A stretch of DNA of 64,000 nt. Origin: a virus. The notes below the pieces were generated by a model. That model had not been told where the DNA came from, made no database searches, and was given only the letters and a program-made list of their open reading frames with translations. Positions 59,726 through 64,000 of the stretch are shown one piece after another. Positions within the stretch are counted from its first letter, which is position 1; each line of letters starts with the position of its first letter. The DNA lies in the IMG/VR virus record IMGVR_UViG_3300044987_001050, positions 1 to 64,000 of that record; one strand, written 5' to 3'. The position numbers and the translations under genes were made by a program.

Positions 59726-60553
59726 ATGCCCAAGTTGAAATCATTTAGGTCTTTCACGGAAGAACGCGTAAAATCAATCGTTCTTACGTTCGGCCGCTTT
59801 CAGCCTCCTACCATAGGGCATGAAAAGGTGATTACCAAAATGGCATCACTTGCAAAAGGTAATGCCTACCGTGTCTATACATCCCAGACACAAGACGCAA
59901 AGAAAAATCCATTAACATATTCCGATAAGATCAAGTTCATGCGGAAGATGTTTCCTAAGCATGGCCGTAACATAATCGAGGATGAGTCAATTCGTGATAT
60001 CTTCGGAGCATTAACCAAACTATTCAAGCAAGGATTCACGAAAGCGATTGTTGTCGTAGGGTCTGACCGAATCGACGAGTTCAACCGAATGTTGAATAAG
60101 TACAACGGCGTTGAGGCAAAGCATGGCTTCTATAATTTCAAAGATGGTTTGCAAATCATATCAAGCGGGGAACGTGATCCTGACTCCGATGATGTTGATG
60201 GTATGTCCGCATCAAAGATGAGGGCTGCTGCTGCAGATAACAACATCGAAACTTTCAACAAAGGTGTTCCTAAGGACTTCTCAGAATCTCCTGCGTTGTT
60301 CAATGCTGTGAGGACTGGCATGGGCCTTAAGGAAGCATGGGTACACCGCCAACACATTCAACTCGATCCTGTCTCGGAACAGCGCGAAGAGTTTATCAAA
60401 GGGTCCTTATTTGAAGTAGGCGACCAAGTCAGAATCATTGAATCAAAGGTAGAGGGCGTGATTACTGAGTTGGGTCCTAACTTTGTCGTTGTGCAATCAC
60501 CAGCAGGAACCCAACGTAAGTGGATTACATCAGTCGAGAAACTAAATAAATAA
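59726..60553 (+). CDS. HIGH-superfamily (cytidylyl/adenylyl-transferase-like) nucleotidyltransferase
   Basis: TFGRFQPPTIGH, KNPL, VVGSDR, GERDPD and MSASKMR motifs; N-terminal LKSFRSFTEE. Confidence 0.85.
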   Translation: MPKLKSFRSFTEERVKSIVLTFGRFQPPTIGHEKVITKMASLAKGNAYRVYTSQTQDAKKNPLTYSDKIKFMRKMFPKHGRNIIEDESIRDIFGALTKLFKQGFTKAIVVVGSDRIDEFNRMLNKYNGVEAKHGFYNFKDGLQIISSGERDPDSDDVDGMSASKMRAAAADNNIETFNKGVPKDFSESPALFNAVRTGMGLKEAWVHRQHIQLDPVSEQREEFIKGSLFEVGDQVRIIESKVEGVITELGPNFVVVQSPAGTQRKWITSVEKLNK

Positions 60554-60559
60554 AGCAGT

Positions 60560-61105
60560 ATGGAAAATCTAAACGAAGTACTATCACCATCCGATCCTGT
60601 CGAAACATGGATCACCGACTTCGTGAAGTCGACCAATCCAAAATTCGAAGGAAAGAGTAAGAAGGAAAGAATCAAGATGGCTCTTGGCGCGCATTACGCG
60701 GCACAAAACAAGAATGAGTCCGTTTCTGATCTTCGTGATAACCGCATCATTGAACTTACGGTTGGTGCACAACATCCAGGCGTTGTGCGTCACTTCATTG
60801 ATTTGAATGAAGGCATCGCGTCGAAGTCAATGCTGACAATCAAGGACGCGTGGGAACAATTTGATTCAACCCTCGTTGAATCGGAAGGCATCACGCCTGG
60901 TTCGGAAGGCAAAGTCAAATGCATTGCTCGTCTCGGGGCATGCCGTGTCGGCGATACGTTCAAAGGTACGTGGAAGCAAGCAGCGTTCAAACATCAGTTG
61001 CGTCTCGACCTTGACGGACTACCAGGTGCTACACAGCACCCAACAATTTTCTTTGATAAGAACACCAAGAAACTAGACATCCCTAAGAGCTTCGAACTAC
61101 TATGA
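60560..61105 (+). CDS. Conserved T4-like late hypothetical protein
   Basis: WITDFVKSTNPKFEGKSKKERIKMALGAHY motif; upstream AATAAATA. Confidence 0.65.
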   Translation: MENLNEVLSPSDPVETWITDFVKSTNPKFEGKSKKERIKMALGAHYAAQNKNESVSDLRDNRIIELTVGAQHPGVVRHFIDLNEGIASKSMLTIKDAWEQFDSTLVESEGITPGSEGKVKCIARLGACRVGDTFKGTWKQAAFKHQLRLDLDGLPGATQHPTIFFDKNTKKLDIPKSFELL

Positions 61106-62934
61106 AATCACTACGAGAAATGCGCGCAAGCGACATACCAAATGTACCTGCTGCGGCCGAGGTCGTAGATAACGGAACCCCTGCTATTTATGATAACGAT
61201 GGCGAGGCGGATGCAACTGGACATACTCTAATCGCGCTCAATCATATCGCGACTATGGCTGATGACCTCTATACCGCGGTCGGCGATGAAGGCATCGAAC
61301 TGTTGCCTGAAGAGATTGATGCAATCCTGAATTCATTCGATCTCATCTCTAGCATTCATGATAAGCACTCCGAGTTGTATGATATGCCAAGTCAATCATA
61401 CGACGAAGAAGATCTTGCGGGTGCGATGGATGAAGAAAACCAACTTCAGAAAGAAGAGCTTGAACTCGCGGAATCGCTTGCGTGGCAGACGATGGTCAAA
61501 TCATTGGGTGTTGCAGGCTTTAAGATGATGCCGCCCGAGAAGTTTGCGTCCGGATGGAAACCTTCTAGTGGACAGGTTCATCATATGTTCGGCATCCAAA
61601 TGCGTGCTGGTAAGTTTGCTGACACTTACTTCGCGATCACGGACAACGAGGCAAAGCCATACACCATCGTTAATGTTGAAGGTACTACCTCATACGCTGA
61701 ACTCGGCCAGGCACTCGCTGCTATCAAGAAGTTGACGAAGACAGGCACGGTTCAAGAAGGTGTATCTGACGAAGAACATGCGATCTCGGATAAGTTCGTT
61801 CCTACTCCATGGGACATCATCGAAGCATTGGGCGATGAAGAAACGATCCGCCGCATGAATCGAATCAAGGAGTTTGGTGTCGGTCTTGCCCAGGATGTTA
61901 TCGTTGAACACATGATCGAGGAAATTAAGACAGTTGACCTCAATCTCAGTAAGGCTATCGGCGACTTCTATTCTGAACTCAAGGAGGCGTCTAACCCCGC
62001 TCATGGGTTTGCAGTTAGGTACTCCGTCTTCTCTAAGAAGGGCGATGGCCCGATCGTTCACAAGGAGATGTCGTTCCCTACCGCCGAGAAAATGGAGAAA
62101 TGGATGGACACCGCTGAAGACAAGGTTCCTTACTTCCACGAAATCCAATCAACGTCATACCCTCGAAAGAATGAAGATCTTGATGAAATGGTTGACATCG
62201 CTGAAGAGAACGTCGCTCCAGCATTGTGGAAAAAGGTGAAAGAGTTTATTGGTCAAGGCTGGGAACTCCAAGGCTATAAGGGATATCAAATGAGTGCTGA
62301 CGTTGCTCATATGAGAAAAGGAAAGCTTGCAAAACACATCACCGCAAAGGGTGAAATCCAATGGCCACCTGTGAAGAAGGAGTCAGCTGACCTTGTTGAG
62401 AACAAGACTAACTCCGTTCTAACATGGGATGGCGCCAAGGGTCAAATGGATCCTTTCCGTCTCGAGGTTATTGGTCAAGATGGTTCTGTCGTTGCACGCC
62501 TACTCGACAAAGTTCTTCCTGCTGGAAAGGGCAACGTCTATGACGACCAAATCGGATTCAAGTCCACTAAAGAACGCGAAGCCGCTGCGAAGGCGCTTAC
62601 ACAATACTTCAAGGCTGTCAAGGAACAAGACCTAACCATCATTGACCTCGGCGATCTCAACGAAGCATTCGATGAAACGAAGTTCAAGAGACTCGCTATG
62701 ACAGGTCTTGTTCCTGCCGAGGAAGTCAATGGAGTCGTTAGAGCAATGAAGGCACTTGAAGCTGGTAAGACACTTACTCCTGCTCAAAAGGATTTGATCT
62801 CAGGCACCTTCCTAACACTTATTGGACTCGTCACAGGCGACACATCTGTCTTCTCCAAAATTCAAGGAGCTGCTAAGAAGGCGGTATCTGAGGAAGCAAC
62901 TCAGGATTTGGATCGGAAACAATCAAACGCGTAA
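61102..62934 (+). CDS. Large acidic, probably head-internal protein
   Basis: MKSLRE start; domains separated by LAE/VQE/LKE/LVE/LNE gp21-type sites. Confidence 0.55.
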   Translation: MKSLREMRASDIPNVPAAAEVVDNGTPAIYDNDGEADATGHTLIALNHIATMADDLYTAVGDEGIELLPEEIDAILNSFDLISSIHDKHSELYDMPSQSYDEEDLAGAMDEENQLQKEELELAESLAWQTMVKSLGVAGFKMMPPEKFASGWKPSSGQVHHMFGIQMRAGKFADTYFAITDNEAKPYTIVNVEGTTSYAELGQALAAIKKLTKTGTVQEGVSDEEHAISDKFVPTPWDIIEALGDEETIRRMNRIKEFGVGLAQDVIVEHMIEEIKTVDLNLSKAIGDFYSELKEASNPAHGFAVRYSVFSKKGDGPIVHKEMSFPTAEKMEKWMDTAEDKVPYFHEIQSTSYPRKNEDLDEMVDIAEENVAPALWKKVKEFIGQGWELQGYKGYQMSADVAHMRKGKLAKHITAKGEIQWPPVKKESADLVENKTNSVLTWDGAKGQMDPFRLEVIGQDGSVVARLLDKVLPAGKGNVYDDQIGFKSTKEREAAAKALTQYFKAVKEQDLTIIDLGDLNEAFDETKFKRLAMTGLVPAEEVNGVVRAMKALEAGKTLTPAQKDLISGTFLTLIGLVTGDTSVFSKIQGAAKKAVSEEATQDLDRKQSNA

Positions 62935-63123
62935 GATAATGAAACTACCTTTTCGTATTCCTACCTATCCCTTCGGGATCCGTTGGAGATCTATTAAGAT
63001 TCCAACATGCAACATTTATGTCGTGTTAAATACAATCAGTAGGTGCTTAATCAATATCTGAATCAATTTGGATTCGCATTGTTCGGCGCAGATTCTAATT
63101 TATTTTAACACTTCCGGATTCAC

Positions 63124-63528
63124 ATGTCAATTCAAAACCTTCGTAACCCGAATATTCTAATCAAGCCTAAGGTTGATCTCAACGAGAAGAACTTTGTTCT
63201 GTTTGCGGCAAAGAATTACATAAACCCGCGCGTTCTTGACCAAGAAGAGTTCGAGGAAGATCTGATTCGCTTCAAATACTTAAAGCGGTTGTTCAATCGT
63301 TACAAGGAAAAGAACGAATTGCAGGAGCGCTTGATTCTGAATCACTTGACTGTCATTCACAACGTGTTCAGTTTACAAGCAGCAACTGAAATGTGTTTCT
63401 TCAAAATTGATTCTGTCATGTGGCCAACCTTGAAAACATTTCTGCTATATCTTAACCTTTTACATCCTGACGAATACAAGACAATCCCATCCGATATGTT
63501 TGTCGTCAAAAAACTTCAGCGACTATGA
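63124..63528 (+). CDS. Conserved T4-like phage protein
   Basis: LNE.NF.LFA.K.Y.NP...EF.EDL.RFKY.KRL...RLILNH signature. Confidence 0.75.
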   Translation: MSIQNLRNPNILIKPKVDLNEKNFVLFAAKNYINPRVLDQEEFEEDLIRFKYLKRLFNRYKEKNELQERLILNHLTVIHNVFSLQAATEMCFFKIDSVMWPTLKTFLLYLNLLHPDEYKTIPSDMFVVKKLQRL

Positions 63529-64000
63529 GTTTACTTTCACGCGGTGCCGACACTTTCTATGCCTTCCGATTCCTTCGACTGTTAACCACAGCATGGGAGG
63601 ACACTGGCGCGTTCAAAGCAGGATTGCTTGATAAGGACGGCAAGGTATTGCGGCAACCTGCGAACCCAGACGAAAGGTCGGTCTATAACATTTTTCACAA
63701 GCTCGTCTTCAATGTAAAGCGATTGGTCAACAAGGTTCCTTTCGGGAAGACGACCATTGCTTCATATCTAACCGCGCTTTACCTAATCAAAGAACACACG
63801 TCAATGACTGACGCTGAGATCCAAGCAGTTCTTTCTGAGGCAACTAACGTTGAATTTCCTGCCCTAACTGAATCAGCTGAGAATGGTTTGATGCCAGGTC
63901 TATTCAGTCTTAGCCGTGATCTGCTGCATCCAGCAACCGCTTCGCCAATCATTCGGCGCGGTTCTCTTGTCGAAGTAGCTGACTCAGTTGAGCCATGCGG
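63525..64000 (+). CDS. Conserved T4-like phage protein (3' partial; not in the ORF track)
   Basis: MSLLSRGADTFYAFRFLRLLTTAWEDTGAFKAGLLDKDG...FHKLVFNVKRL...ALYLIKE, open toward the window end. Confidence 0.7.
   Translation, partial: MSLLSRGADTFYAFRFLRLLTTAWEDTGAFKAGLLDKDGKVLRQPANPDERSVYNIFHKLVFNVKRLVNKVPFGKTTIASYLTALYLIKEHTSMTDAEIQAVLSEATNVEFPALTESAENGLMPGLFSLSRDLLHPATASPIIRRGSLVEVADSVEPC

Noticed and set aside
1-64000. Genome-wide stop-codon reassignment
   Set aside because: Core genes are intact in the standard code, and TAA, TAG and TGA all terminate genes; only one isolated internal TAA was found.

Overview
This 64-kb window is a gene-dense, almost entirely + strand segment of a large T4-like myophage genome. 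Hallmarks are uvsX, the gp41 helicase, a gp42-type dCMP hydroxymethylase, TTTACA-N17-TAnAAT early promoters and TATAAATA late promoters. A PEP-CTERM protein and the general absence of Shine-Dalgarno motifs point to an exosortase-bearing Gram-negative host, plausibly Verrucomicrobiota (inference). Positions ~1-38 kb are an early accessory region: RNA-repair enzymes (two RNA ligases, phosphatases, Pth2), split coaB/coaC, a Prs+Nampt (NARP1-like) NAD+ pair, NADAR, a small HD alarmone hydrolase, a 6-TM K+ channel, lipoproteins, stem-loop promoter cassettes and a GIY-YIG homing endonuclease. Positions ~38-47.5 kb form a cytosine hypermodification locus: gp42-like enzyme, a dedicated NDP-sugar pathway (HAD phosphatase, SIS isomerase, Rpe/AlsE epimerase, nucleotidyltransferase-kinase fusion), a glycosyltransferase and an atypical C5-methyltransferase. 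Several of these proteins carry a gp45-clamp-binding-like SLxSFF motif. Positions 47.5-52.4 kb carry recombination/replication genes. Positions 52.4-64 kb are a late cluster of likely head-packaged proteins, including an ATPase, two nuclease-like proteins and three different nucleotidyltransferase folds. Top candidates for undescribed biology are the novel-sugar, clamp-tethered DNA modification system, the late nucleotidyl-transfer module, and stand-alone degenerate fragments of structural proteins (possible immune decoys). All calls come from motif recognition by eye; no database searches were run. Many short hypothetical ORFs are not listed individually.
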